Shown in pieces: positions 35,047-46,248 of a DNA stretch of 64,000 bases (positions are counted from its first letter, which is position 1; each line of letters starts with the position of its first letter). The notes beneath the pieces were generated by a model that did no database searches, was not told the DNA's origin, and was given only the letters and a program-made list of their open reading frames with translations. The position numbers and the translations under genes are program-made. Source of the stretch: Candidatus Aceula lacicola (GTDB taxonomy: Bacteria; Omnitrophota; Gorgyraeia; Zapsychrales; Aceulaceae); assembly GCA_030765785.1 (NCBI GenBank), contig JAVCCC010000032.1, forward strand, positions 5,787 to 69,786. The letters run 5' to 3'.

Positions 35047-35955
35047 GTGGAAATAGAGATGAAAGTAGAATTAAAAAAGATTGATGCAACAAAAAGAGAG
35101 CTTAAGTTTGAAATTTCTAAAGAGCGTGTTTCTAAGAAAATGGAGGAAGTTTTTAAGGAAATTACAAAGGCTGCGAAAGTAAAAGGGTTTCGTCCAGGGA
35201 AGGCGCCTCGCCATATCATTGAAGCAGAGCATGGAAAATTAGCTCAAGAAAAAATGATGGAGGAGCTGATCCCCGAATCTTATCAAGAAGCCTTGCAGAA
35301 AGAGAAGCTAAATCCAATTGATTTTCCTGAGATTTCAGATGTTAAAAATAAAGACGGTATTTTAACATTTAAAGCGTCTCTGGATATTCAGCCAGAATTT
35401 ACTGTTAAAGATTATAAGGGCATTAAAGTTAAAAAGAAAAAATCTGAAGTAACGGATGATGAAATTAAGAAAACGTTAGATTTTTTTAAGACGGCTCAAG
35501 GAAAAGATAAAAAGGATATTAAGATTGATGATGAATTTGCAAAAGGATTAGGATATCCAAGCTTAGATGAGATGAGGTCGTCTTTTAAGAAACAGATGGA
35601 AATTGAAAAAGAACGACAAAATCGTGCTGATGTTGAAAATCAGATTGTTGATTTTCTTGTTAAGAATACAAAGCTAAGCGTTCCTAAAACAACGGTTCAG
35701 CGTCATGTTGATAGATTAGCACACGATACTCGACATCGCATGGAGAGCCAAGGTGTTAAGAAAGAGGACTTAGATAAACGTGTTGATGAATTTGTTAAAA
35801 AGATTAAGCCGAATGCTGAGCGCGATGTAAAAGCATATTTTATTTTAGAAAAGATTGCACAAGAAGAAAAAATAACTGTTTCACAAGGTGAGAATTTATT
35901 TCAAAAAGTTATTGGCGTTCTTTTAAAAGAAGCCACATGGGAGGGGAAAAAATAA
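35047..35955 (+). CDS. tig: Trigger factor lacking the central PPIase domain (N ribosome-binding domain joined directly to the C domain)
   Basis: '[17 protein letters not shown]' trigger-factor signature. The protein is 302 aa against a typical ~430 aa, and the FKBP-like segment is absent between 'EVTDDEIKK' and '[11 protein letters not shown]'. Confidence 0.7.
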   Translation: MEIEMKVELKKIDATKRELKFEISKERVSKKMEEVFKEITKAAKVKGFRPGKAPRHIIEAEHGKLAQEKMMEELIPESYQEALQKEKLNPIDFPEISDVKNKDGILTFKASLDIQPEFTVKDYKGIKVKKKKSEVTDDEIKKTLDFFKTAQGKDKKDIKIDDEFAKGLGYPSLDEMRSSFKKQMEIEKERQNRADVENQIVDFLVKNTKLSVPKTTVQRHVDRLAHDTRHRMESQGVKKEDLDKRVDEFVKKIKPNAERDVKAYFILEKIAQEEKITVSQGENLFQKVIGVLLKEATWEGKK

Positions 35956-35956
35956 A

Positions 35957-36562
35957 ATGGAAACACGATCACAAGTTTTAGTGCCGATGGTTGTTGAAAA
36001 GACAGGTCAAGGTGAACGAGCCTATGACATTTATTCTCGGCTTTTAAAAGATCGCATTGTGTTTATTGGAACAGCGATCGATGACAATGTTGCCAATCTT
36101 ATCATTGCGCAGCTTTTGTTTTTGCAGTCAGAGGATTCATCCAAAGACATTAGTATTTATGTTAATTCTCCAGGCGGTTCGGTGACTGCAGGTTTGGCGA
36201 TTTATGATACCATGCAATTTTTAAAACCAGATATTCGTACGTATTGTATTGGTCAGGCTGCAAGCATGGGTGCTGTTCTCTTAACGGCTGGAGCAAAAGG
36301 TAAGCGATATGCGCTTCCATATTCACGCATCATGATTCATCAGCCTTGGGGCGGTGTTCAGGGAACGGCGAGTGATATTACGATTCAAGCTAAGGAAATT
36401 GGACGACTTAAAGAGAGTTTGCTTAATATTTTAGCATCTCATACGGGTCAGTCGATTGAAAAGATTACAGCAGATTCTGATAGAGATTTCTTTATGAGTG
36501 CGGAAGAGTCCAAGAATTATGGGCTGATTGATGAAGTGATTGTCAGCTCAGATAAAATGTAA
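35957..36562 (+). CDS. clpP: ATP-dependent Clp protease proteolytic subunit
   Basis: '[11 protein letters not shown]' and 'RIMIHQP'. Confidence 0.9.
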   Translation: METRSQVLVPMVVEKTGQGERAYDIYSRLLKDRIVFIGTAIDDNVANLIIAQLLFLQSEDSSKDISIYVNSPGGSVTAGLAIYDTMQFLKPDIRTYCIGQAASMGAVLLTAGAKGKRYALPYSRIMIHQPWGGVQGTASDITIQAKEIGRLKESLLNILASHTGQSIEKITADSDRDFFMSAEESKNYGLIDEVIVSSDKM

Positions 36563-36593
36563 GAGTGTAGTAAATTTAGAGAAGTGTGCTGAA

Positions 36594-37589
36594 ATGAAAA
36601 TTTTAATTAGTGATAAGTTGCCTTCAGCTGGTATTGATATTTTAAAAGGTGTTCAAGAATTTGAAGTCAATTGTCAGTTTGGGATTAGTCCATCTGATCT
36701 TAAAGAAATTATTAAAGACTACGATGCGCTTATTGTTCGCAGTTCAACAAACGTGACAGCAGATATTATCGAGGTTGCTGGTAAATTAAAATTTATAGGG
36801 CGCGCTGGTGTTGGCGTTGATAATGTCGATCTTAAGGCTGCAACTCAAAAAGGGGTTGTGGTTATGAATACACCTTCCGGAAATACGACGGCAACAGCAG
36901 AGCAGACCATGAGTCTTATTTTGGCCTTGTCTCGCAATATTCCTCAAGCGTGCGCTTCTTTGAAATCAGGAAAATGGGAGAGATCCCGCTTTGTTGGCGT
37001 TGAGCTTTATGGCAAAACGCTTGGCATTATTGGATTGGGACGCATTGGATCCACGGTGGCAAGAATGGCGATACCGTTTGACATGAAACTAATTGGATTT
37101 GATCCTTTTATTTCTAGAGAGTCCGCAGAAGAAAATGGAGTCCAACTCGTAAGTCTTGATAATTTATTTAGGCAATCGGATTTTATTACAATTCATGTGC
37201 CGAAGAGCACAGAAACTAAGAGTTTGATTTCGGATAAAGAATTTGATTTGATGAAAAAAGATGTTCGCATTGTTAATTGCGCGCGTGGTGGTATTATTGA
37301 TGAATCTGCTCTTGTCCGTGCCTTGAAAAGTAATCGCATTAAAGGGTGCGCTTTGGATGTTTATGAATCTGAGCCACCTGATTTTGATTCAGAGTTATTT
37401 AGGCTGGACAATTGTATTACAACGCCTCATCTTGGCGCGGCAACATCAGAGGCAAAATTAAATATTGCTGTTGAGATTGCAGAGACGATTAAGAATGCTC
37501 TTTTAGGGCATGGAATTTCAAATGCAATTAATTTTCCATCTGCAAATTTGGCAAGAAATATTGAACTAGAAGCAAAGAAAGGGAGTTAA
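36594..37589 (+). CDS. D-isomer-specific 2-hydroxyacid dehydrogenase, D-3-phosphoglycerate dehydrogenase-like, with no ACT domain
   Basis: 'GRAGVGVDNVDL', 'GIIGLGRIGS' and 'NCARGGIIDE'. Start moved to the ATG at 36594. Confidence 0.65.
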   Translation: MKILISDKLPSAGIDILKGVQEFEVNCQFGISPSDLKEIIKDYDALIVRSSTNVTADIIEVAGKLKFIGRAGVGVDNVDLKAATQKGVVVMNTPSGNTTATAEQTMSLILALSRNIPQACASLKSGKWERSRFVGVELYGKTLGIIGLGRIGSTVARMAIPFDMKLIGFDPFISRESAEENGVQLVSLDNLFRQSDFITIHVPKSTETKSLISDKEFDLMKKDVRIVNCARGGIIDESALVRALKSNRIKGCALDVYESEPPDFDSELFRLDNCITTPHLGAATSEAKLNIAVEIAETIKNALLGHGISNAINFPSANLARNIELEAKKGS

Positions 37590-37593
37590 AGAA

Positions 37594-38616
37594 ATGAAAC
37601 GATTTTTTCTCGTATTAACGATCTGTGTATTTTTTGTATCGGTAAGCGTAGCCTGTTTAGCTCAAGAAGTACAAACGGAAATAAAGCAGCAAGAAGAGAT
37701 TGTGCCGCTTTGTCGTTCGAATCAAGATTGTATGCGTCCAGGAGTTGTTGGTGTTTGTCAATCTCCAGGGGAGAAAATTGCTCGCTGTGTTTGGCAAGAG
37801 GTCGCACAAATTCCTTTAGAGATTATTGTGCCCAATAACTGTCGAACATGCCAAGCGGAGTCAACAATCGCAGGGATACAGCAGATTTTTTTTGGTGTTA
37901 ATCCAATTTATTTAAATGAAGATGACGAAAGAGCCAAAGATTTTATTAAACGTTTTAAGATTGAAGTTTTGCCAGCGTATATTTTTTCACGTGAAATAGA
38001 AAGAGATCCTAATTTTGAGAAGTTTCAGGAAATGTCGATAAAAGATGAGGACCGATATTATTTAAAGCCCCAGTTTTCGGGTGTTTCTTATTTTTCAAAT
38101 CGTAAGTTTAAAAAGAATCAGCTTGATTTGTTTTTATCGATAGGTTCTCCAGGAATGTTTCAGTCAGTTAAAATTGCCGAAGAGATTAGTAAGGGTAAAA
38201 AAAGTAATATAAAGCTAAGTTTTCATTTTTTAGGAATAAAAAATTCTGATACGGGAGTTTGTGTTACGCCTGGCGGGCAAAGAGAAATGGAAGAAGAAAA
38301 AGTTTACGCATGTGTTGATAAATACTATCCCAAGAAATCTTTTGATTATTTGTCGTGTCGATTGCTGAAAATTAATAGTATTTGGATCGAAGATTGCCTG
38401 ATTCAAAACGGTATTAAAGTTAATAAAATAAAGAAATGTGCTCAGTCGAATGAAGGTCAGAAGCTTTTTGAGAAAATGATTCAATTGTCACAAGAGCTAG
38501 ATATTCGGTATGCACCAATTTTTTTAATGGATAATGTAGAAATCTTTGGAGTGACTGATCAGACGACCCCAGAAGAAATTATGACAGCGATTCAGTCCTT
38601 TGAAGACAAGAAATAG
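37594..38616 (+). CDS. Secreted Cys-rich protein, possibly a tandem thioredoxin/DsbA-like fold (CRTC motif)
   Basis: Signal peptide. 'NNCRTCQAE' CxxC motif. Repeated 'LPAYIF'/'YAPIFLMDN' beta-strand-like motifs. Confidence 0.3.
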   Translation: MKRFFLVLTICVFFVSVSVACLAQEVQTEIKQQEEIVPLCRSNQDCMRPGVVGVCQSPGEKIARCVWQEVAQIPLEIIVPNNCRTCQAESTIAGIQQIFFGVNPIYLNEDDERAKDFIKRFKIEVLPAYIFSREIERDPNFEKFQEMSIKDEDRYYLKPQFSGVSYFSNRKFKKNQLDLFLSIGSPGMFQSVKIAEEISKGKKSNIKLSFHFLGIKNSDTGVCVTPGGQREMEEEKVYACVDKYYPKKSFDYLSCRLLKINSIWIEDCLIQNGIKVNKIKKCAQSNEGQKLFEKMIQLSQELDIRYAPIFLMDNVEIFGVTDQTTPEEIMTAIQSFEDKK

Positions 38617-39927
<1,311 letters not shown>

Positions 39928-39967
39928 GAACGCATCTTGTTACAAATATTAGGGTTAGTCAATTTTC

Positions 39968-39996
39968 TTGACTTTGATTAGGCCTTATGTTAATGT
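39968..39996 (+). promoter_or_regulatory. Candidate sigma70 promoter: TTGACT, 17 nt spacer, TAATGT
   Basis: Upstream of the RBS aaaggagg and the ATG at 40022. Confidence 0.35.
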
Positions 39997-40021
39997 GAGT
40001 TATTATAAAAAGGAGGAAGAA

Positions 40022-40663
40022 ATGCGTAGTTTTTTATCAACATTTGTTTTCATTTGTTTAGTGGTTTTATTGAGCATGAGCGTTATTGGGTGTACTGTTG
40101 TTATCCAAAAAGGAAGATCTAGTGATATTCAGAAAATATCAAGCCTAAAGCGTGAACTTAGCAGTCTTGAGAGAGCTAAGCAAGAGCTTGAGAGTAAGCT
40201 TAAAGGGGAAATTGATGATCGTCAAGTGTCTGTTGAAATGCTCGAGCGAGGTCTTGTTATTACGTTTGTTTCAGAAGTTTTGTTTGATTCTGGAAAAGCA
40301 AAGCTTCGTGGTGATTCTTTAGAAAAATTAGACAAAGTTTCTGATGTTCTAAAGACAACAGTTAAAGATCTTGATGTTGGGATTGAAGGACATACAGATA
40401 ATGTTCCAATTAAATATTCTGGGTGGAAATCAAATTGGGAGCTTTCTTCAGCACGTGCGATGAGTGTTTTGCATTATCTTGTCGATGATGACGGAGTGAA
40501 CCCGGGACGTCTCGCTGCAACAGGATACGGTGAATTTCGGTCAATCGTTTCAAATGAAACAAAAAAAGGACGACAAGAAAATCGTCGTGTTGAAATTGTC
40601 ATTTTGCCAAACACGGTTAAGGAAAAAAATTCAGTAGAAGTCATTGAAGAGAATTTAAAATAA
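40022..40663 (+). CDS. OmpA/MotB-family peptidoglycan-associated protein with a coiled-coil linker
   Basis: 'GHTDNVPI', 'SNWELSSARA' and 'NRRVEIVI' OmpA_C motifs. Start moved to the internal ATG with RBS. Confidence 0.7.
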   Translation: MRSFLSTFVFICLVVLLSMSVIGCTVVIQKGRSSDIQKISSLKRELSSLERAKQELESKLKGEIDDRQVSVEMLERGLVITFVSEVLFDSGKAKLRGDSLEKLDKVSDVLKTTVKDLDVGIEGHTDNVPIKYSGWKSNWELSSARAMSVLHYLVDDDGVNPGRLAATGYGEFRSIVSNETKKGRQENRRVEIVILPNTVKEKNSVEVIEENLK

Positions 40664-40669
40664 TCTTTT

Positions 40670-41038
40670 ATGAATAAGCAGTTTAAAGAAAAAACTTTTG
40701 GTATTTTTGCTGTTTTAACCATAGCTTGTCTAGGCGTTGCTATTGTGGCGAGTCAGAAATTCGGCACAGCCAAAGAAGGTTTAAATGAGGAGCGATATCA
40801 GCGCATGGTGGCAGAAGAAAAGTTGGAAAAAGCCAAAAGCAAAAACCGTGTGCTAGAAACAAAATCGGAACAAATGAAAAAAGAGCTGGATCAGCTTAAT
40901 GCATTATTAAAAGAAGATAAAGGCGCGATTGCCGATTTAAAGATGGAACTTGAAAAAACAACGCGACTTAGTCTAATTTTGCAAAAAGAGCTTAAAAACG
41001 CACTTGTTACCGACAAGTCAACCTCAAAAACGCGATGA
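40670..41038 (+). CDS. Hypothetical membrane-anchored coiled-coil protein
   Basis: N-terminal TM segment followed by heptad-like E/K-rich sequence. Confidence 0.4.
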   Translation: MNKQFKEKTFGIFAVLTIACLGVAIVASQKFGTAKEGLNEERYQRMVAEEKLEKAKSKNRVLETKSEQMKKELDQLNALLKEDKGAIADLKMELEKTTRLSLILQKELKNALVTDKSTSKTR

Positions 41039-41104
41039 ATGAACTTGTGAGCATAAGATGAGATAGGGTAATTTGGCTGAATGACGATTTTGCGGCATCG
41101 ATAC

Positions 41105-41127
41105 GGGGGATAACTATCCCCCATTTT
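41105..41127 (+). terminator. Rho-independent terminator-like hairpin
   Basis: gggggata..tatccccc followed by atttt. Confidence 0.4.
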
Positions 41128-41143
41128 AATTGGCAACAGCATT

Positions 41144-41866
41144 ATGAATAAAGTAAGAGTACCTCAGCATGTAGCGATTATAATGGACGGCAATGGGCGT
41201 TGGGCTAAGGCCAGGCGCATGCCGCGTTCTTATGGTCATCTAAATGGAGTTAAGCGTGTTGATGAGATTGTTGCGGCAGCGCAGAGAATGGGAGTTAAGG
41301 CGTTAACGCTATTTGCTTTTTCATCTGAGAATTGGAAGAGACCTAAGGCTGAAGTTTCGATGCTAATGAAAACGTTGGCCTCTAATCTTGATAGGAAAGC
41401 TAAGGAACTTCATCGGCTTGGGATTCGTTTTAAGGTCATTGGGCGAAGCGAAGGTGTTCCAGATCTTGTTTTGAGAAGTTTGGAGAATGCTCAAGAAAAG
41501 ACTCATGGCAATAATGGGATGACATTAAATTTGGCGTTTAATTATGGCGCACGGCAAGAGATTGTTGATGCGGTGCGTAAGATTGCATCGGATGCTAAAA
41601 AGGGAAAATTAAGGGTTGAGAAAATTGATGAAAAAACTGTATCAGACGCGCTATATACGAAAGATTTACCAGATCCAGATTTATTAATTCGAACTTCTGG
41701 AGAGATGCGCATTAGCAATTTTCTTCTTTGGCAATTATCGTACGCAGAATTTTATTTTACAAATAAGCATTGGCCGGAATTTACGGAAAAGGAATTTCAG
41801 AAAGCAATTTTAGATTTTCAAGGTCGACAGCGACGATATGGAGCGGCTAGATCTAAGAAAGGGTAG
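41144..41866 (+). CDS. uppS: Undecaprenyl pyrophosphate synthase
   Basis: 'HVAIIMDGNGRWA'. Confidence 0.9.
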   Translation: MNKVRVPQHVAIIMDGNGRWAKARRMPRSYGHLNGVKRVDEIVAAAQRMGVKALTLFAFSSENWKRPKAEVSMLMKTLASNLDRKAKELHRLGIRFKVIGRSEGVPDLVLRSLENAQEKTHGNNGMTLNLAFNYGARQEIVDAVRKIASDAKKGKLRVEKIDEKTVSDALYTKDLPDPDLLIRTSGEMRISNFLLWQLSYAEFYFTNKHWPEFTEKEFQKAILDFQGRQRRYGAARSKKG

Positions 41867-41874
41867 ACAGAGAA

Positions 41875-42696
41875 ATGTCTTTAAAGAGAGTCTTAAGTTC
41901 ATCAGTTATGATTTTGTTAACAATTTTGGCTGTTGTTAATAAGTGGTTTTTCATTGGGTTTATTGTTTTTTTGACAGCGGGAGGGCTTTATGAGTTCTTT
42001 TATTTGATTAAGAAAAAGGGGATTCCTATTTATAGTTATGTTGGGATTTTTATTGGAATCCTTATTCCGCTTTCAATTTTTACAAACTTCCAGCTTACTA
42101 AGAATTGGGAACTTTTATTTATTGTTATTGGTTTTTTGATGCTTTTGCTTTTACAATTTGCACGTGAAGATAACCGAAACGCTATTGTAGGGATATCAAC
42201 CACGCTATTTGGTGTTTTATATGTTTCTTGGTTTTTTAGTTTTTTAGTTAAGATCCGACTTATGATTCCAGGGATTAACGGGGTGAAGCTAGTAGGGTTT
42301 ATTCTTATCGTAACAAAGGCTGCCGACATCGGTGCTTTATTTATTGGAAGCAAATTTGGAAAGCATCCACTTTTGCCACGCGTAAGCCCGAACAAGTCAA
42401 TAGAGGGTTTGGTTGGAAGTTTGGCGTTTAGCGGTATTGCTGCAATCTTGGCGAGATCATTTTTACCAGCAGCATTAAATTATACGGTGATGCAGGTTGT
42501 TTTAATAGGTGTGTTTTTTGGGGCTATTGGTCAGTTGGGAGATCTTTCTGAATCGATGATTAAACGTGATTGTAACGTAAAGGATTCTGGTAAATTGCTT
42601 CCAGGACTGGGTGGCATACTTGACGTGATTGATAGTCTTTTATTTTCGGCCCCAGCTTTTTATTTATATATGAGCTCTGCTCTAAATACATTATAG
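41875..42696 (+). CDS. cdsA: Phosphatidate cytidylyltransferase
   Basis: 'KRDCNVKDSGKLLPGLGGILDVIDS'. Confidence 0.85.
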   Translation: MSLKRVLSSSVMILLTILAVVNKWFFIGFIVFLTAGGLYEFFYLIKKKGIPIYSYVGIFIGILIPLSIFTNFQLTKNWELLFIVIGFLMLLLLQFAREDNRNAIVGISTTLFGVLYVSWFFSFLVKIRLMIPGINGVKLVGFILIVTKAADIGALFIGSKFGKHPLLPRVSPNKSIEGLVGSLAFSGIAAILARSFLPAALNYTVMQVVLIGVFFGAIGQLGDLSESMIKRDCNVKDSGKLLPGLGGILDVIDSLLFSAPAFYLYMSSALNTL

Positions 42697-42697
42697 G

Positions 42698-43852
42698 ATG
42701 AGTTTGAAAAAAGTTGCCATATTAGGATCAACAGGATCTATTGGGATTAGTACTTTAAAGATTATTGAGCGGTTCCCAAAAAAGTTTATTGTGACAGCGC
42801 TTAGTGCGCATAATAATGTATCGCTCCTTGAAAAACAAATAAAGAAGTTTAACCCGAAATATGTTGCGCTTCAAAAAGAAAAGATTTCAGATCTAAGAAA
42901 AAGAATTGGCACTTGTCGTGTTAAGATTTTTGATTCTGGCTCTGAGATTGCATCTTTAGTTAATCGTAAGGATATTGATATTGTTATTTTAGGCATTCAA
43001 GGGAGAGCTGCTTTAGAACCTTTTTTGGAGGCTACTCGTTGCGGTAAAGTCATCGCTCCTGCAAACAAGGAGGCATTGGTTATGGCCGGTGACATTATCA
43101 TGAAGGAAGCCAGAAAGCACAAGGCGACGGTTATTCCTGTTGATAGCGAGCAGAGTGCAATTTTTCAGTGTTTAGAGGGTCGAGACAAGAGTGAGCTTAA
43201 GAAAGTATATTTAACGGCTTCAGGTGGTTCTTTGAAAAATATAAATCAGGCAAGATTTGACAAAATGACTGTTAATCAAATCTTGAGTCATCCTCGCTGG
43301 AGTATGGGAAAAAAGATTACAGTTGATTCTGCAACATTGATGAATAAAGGTTTAGAGGTGATTGAAGCAATGCGATTGTTTGACTTACCGGCGGAAAAGA
43401 TCGAAGTGATAATTCATCCAGAATCCATTATTCATTCAATGGTCGAATTTACAGATGGCGCGATTATTGCCCAACTGGGCGTGACTGACATGCGCATACC
43501 GATACAGTATGCAATGACTTATCCGAAGAGGATGGAGACGGGACTTGCTCCTCTAGATTTTGTAAAACAAAAATTTTTGACGTTTCAAAGGCCAGATTTT
43601 AAGAAGTTTCCTTCTTTAAAATTATGTTATGACGTTGCTAGAAAATCTGGAAGTTTGCCAAGCGTTTTGAACGCAGCCAATGAAGAGGTCGTTGATGCGT
43701 TTTTAAAGAAAGAAATAAAATTTTCACAGATGTATAAAATTGTTCAAAAAGTTGTTCGACGACATAAGACGATAAAGAATCCTAATTTAAGGATGATTCT
43801 GGAGTCAGATAGATGGGCGCGCGAGCAAACGCGAAAGGAAATAAGTAAGTAA
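42698..43852 (+). CDS. dxr: 1-deoxy-D-xylulose 5-phosphate reductoisomerase
   Basis: 'KVAILGSTGSIG' and 'LSHPRWSMGKKITVDSA'. Confidence 0.9.
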   Translation: MSLKKVAILGSTGSIGISTLKIIERFPKKFIVTALSAHNNVSLLEKQIKKFNPKYVALQKEKISDLRKRIGTCRVKIFDSGSEIASLVNRKDIDIVILGIQGRAALEPFLEATRCGKVIAPANKEALVMAGDIIMKEARKHKATVIPVDSEQSAIFQCLEGRDKSELKKVYLTASGGSLKNINQARFDKMTVNQILSHPRWSMGKKITVDSATLMNKGLEVIEAMRLFDLPAEKIEVIIHPESIIHSMVEFTDGAIIAQLGVTDMRIPIQYAMTYPKRMETGLAPLDFVKQKFLTFQRPDFKKFPSLKLCYDVARKSGSLPSVLNAANEEVVDAFLKKEIKFSQMYKIVQKVVRRHKTIKNPNLRMILESDRWAREQTRKEISK

Positions 43853-43853
43853 A

Positions 43854-44942
43854 ATGGGAACATTAGTTTTTATTGTTGTTTTAAGCGTTTTGGTTATTGT
43901 TCATGAGTATGGGCATTTTGTTGTCGCAAAATCTTTAGGAGTCAAGGTTGAGCGTTTTGCGATTGGGTTCGGGCCAAAGATTATTGGGAAAACATTTAAT
44001 GGCACAGAGTTTTTGATTTGCCTTGTTCCTTTAGGCGGTTATGTCAAGATGGCAGGTGATGAGCGAAGCGAGTGCAAAGGCGAAAGAGATGAATTTTACT
44101 CTAAGCCAGTGGGTTTAAGATCTCTGGTGGTTGTGGCGGGTCCGATTGTAAATTATGTCTTTGCTTTTTTATGTTTTTGTATTGTATTTTTTGTTGGATA
44201 TCCGACTATGACAACGCAAGTTGGAGAATTGGTTGATGATTATCCTGCGGTGAAGGCAGGACTAGCCGTTGGTGACAAGATTTTATCAATTGGTTCTGAG
44301 AAAATGGATAGCTGGGAAGATGTTCAGAAATATATTGCAAATTCTAAAGATTCAAAGCTTGATATGGTTGTTTTGAGAGGGAGCAAGAAAGAGAGCATTC
44401 TTTTAGCATCTGTCCTTACGACATCGGAAAATATTTTTGGTCAAAAGATTGAATCGCGCGTTGTTGGTATTAAGCCAAAAGAAGAGATTGTTTTATTGCG
44501 CTATGGTGTTGCTGAATCAATTTTGAAGGCTTTTGAAAAGTTAAAAGACATTACATTTACGACGTATAAGGCGTTGTATTTAATGGTGACAGGATCAATG
44601 TCTGCTAAAGATGCGGTAACCGGTCCTATTGGAATATTTTATATTATTAAGAAGGCAGCGACGATGGGATTTTCTTATGTCATGTATATTATGGCGGTGA
44701 TATCGGCAAGTTTGGCCATCTTTAATCTATTGCCTTTTCCTGTTTTAGATGGAGGACATTTGCTTTTGTTTGGAATTGAAAGAATAAAAGGAAAACCATT
44801 ATCGCAAAAAGTTGACGACGTGATTCATCGTGTTGGATTTAGTTTTATTATTTGCTTAGCTGTGTTTGTTTTTTATACGGATTTTGTTCGTTATGGAATA
44901 TTTGATAAAATTATTCAATTTGGTCATCATTTAGGGTTTTAA
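43854..44942 (+). CDS. rseP: RIP site-2 zinc metalloprotease RseP (M50) with a PDZ domain
   Basis: 'VHEYGHFVVAK' and 'NLLPFPVLDGGH'. Confidence 0.85.
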   Translation: MGTLVFIVVLSVLVIVHEYGHFVVAKSLGVKVERFAIGFGPKIIGKTFNGTEFLICLVPLGGYVKMAGDERSECKGERDEFYSKPVGLRSLVVVAGPIVNYVFAFLCFCIVFFVGYPTMTTQVGELVDDYPAVKAGLAVGDKILSIGSEKMDSWEDVQKYIANSKDSKLDMVVLRGSKKESILLASVLTTSENIFGQKIESRVVGIKPKEEIVLLRYGVAESILKAFEKLKDITFTTYKALYLMVTGSMSAKDAVTGPIGIFYIIKKAATMGFSYVMYIMAVISASLAIFNLLPFPVLDGGHLLLFGIERIKGKPLSQKVDDVIHRVGFSFIICLAVFVFYTDFVRYGIFDKIIQFGHHLGF

Positions 44943-44970
44943 TAGAAGCTCAAACCTAAGGAGAGCGCAA

Positions 44971-46236
44971 ATGAATCTCGACAGAGTTAGAAATCTTGTC
45001 CAACAGCATTTAATCACGAAAACAGATTTTTTATCTGTTAAAGATAAATTGGATGAAGATCAGTTGCGCTTGCAGACAAAGAGTGCCATTGATTTTATTT
45101 GTGCTCAAAACGAGATTGTACTTACGGATGAAGAGAAAGGAAGCTTGATTCGTGAAATGGTAAGCTCTGTCATTAGTCTTGGACCATTGCGTCCGCTAAT
45201 GGAAGACGATACAATTACAGAAATTATGATTAATGGGCCAGATACGATTTATCTTCAAAAAGATGGAAAGATTGAGCTTAGCGATGTTAAGTTTGCTGAT
45301 TCAAAAGAATTGATGCATACTGTTCAAAAGATTTTGTCTGCATCGGGATCGGGAAGGCGAGTCGATGAGTCTTCGCCATATGTTGATTTTTCTTTTCCTG
45401 ATGGATCGCGTGTCAATATTATTTTACCGCCAGTTTCTCTGGTTGGTCCGGTCTTGACCATTCGAAAGTTTTCATCTCAGATCGAAACTTTAGAGGATCT
45501 TCTAAAGTTAGAAATGTTAAGCCCTGAAATGGGAGATTTTTTAATCGCTGCGATTAAAGCAAAGCTCAACATTATTTTTTCTGGAGCAACTGGAACAGGA
45601 AAGACAACAGCGTTAAATGTTCTTTCAAAATATATTCCAGAAGAAGAGCGTATCATTACAATTGAAGATACGGCAGAGCTTGGGCTTAAGCAGAGACATG
45701 TTGTTCGGCTCCAAGCAAAATCGTCAAACATTGAAGGAAAGGGCGTTATCAGTATTCGAGATTTATTTATTAATTCGCTTCGTATGAGGCCTGACAGAAT
45801 TATTATTGGTGAGGTTCGCGGATCAGAGGCGCTGGATCTTATCCAATCAATTAGTAGCGGTCATTCTGGGTCGCTTGCGATTGTGCATGGCGATTCTCCT
45901 CGAGATTGTTACAATCGACTTGTTACGATGCTTTTGATGAGCGGTATTCATTTAAGTGTTGATGAAATCAGGCGTCAAATTGTAAGTGCGATTGATTTAA
46001 TTGTTCATGTAGAGCTTTTTGTAGATGGTAAAAGACGGATAACACATATTGCTGATTTACAGCATGATAAAGAAAAGAATGAAGTATCGTTGCATGACAT
46101 CTTTTATTATAAGCAAGAGAAGATTACAGATGAAGGGAAAGTGCTCGGCAATTGGTTTGTTAAAAAACGCAAGCCATCATTTCATGATAAATTTGTTAAA
46201 CGTAACGTTAAGTTAGACAAAAACTTTTTTGAATAG
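44971..46236 (+). CDS. CpaF/TadA-type secretion ATPase (type II/IV secretion NTPase family), orphan
   Basis: 'FSGATGTGKTT' Walker A and 'SSGHSGSLAIVHGDSPRDCYNRLVTM' CpaF-like His box. No Tad/Flp partners are adjacent. Confidence 0.7.
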   Translation: MNLDRVRNLVQQHLITKTDFLSVKDKLDEDQLRLQTKSAIDFICAQNEIVLTDEEKGSLIREMVSSVISLGPLRPLMEDDTITEIMINGPDTIYLQKDGKIELSDVKFADSKELMHTVQKILSASGSGRRVDESSPYVDFSFPDGSRVNIILPPVSLVGPVLTIRKFSSQIETLEDLLKLEMLSPEMGDFLIAAIKAKLNIIFSGATGTGKTTALNVLSKYIPEEERIITIEDTAELGLKQRHVVRLQAKSSNIEGKGVISIRDLFINSLRMRPDRIIIGEVRGSEALDLIQSISSGHSGSLAIVHGDSPRDCYNRLVTMLLMSGIHLSVDEIRRQIVSAIDLIVHVELFVDGKRRITHIADLQHDKEKNEVSLHDIFYYKQEKITDEGKVLGNWFVKKRKPSFHDKFVKRNVKLDKNFFE

Positions 46237-46248
46237 AGGAAATCTTAT

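Noticed and set aside
44971-46236. CpaF-like ATPase considered as part of a Tad pilus locus in this window
   Set aside because: No pilin, platform, secretin or CpaE genes are adjacent. It is reported as an orphan, not as a locus.
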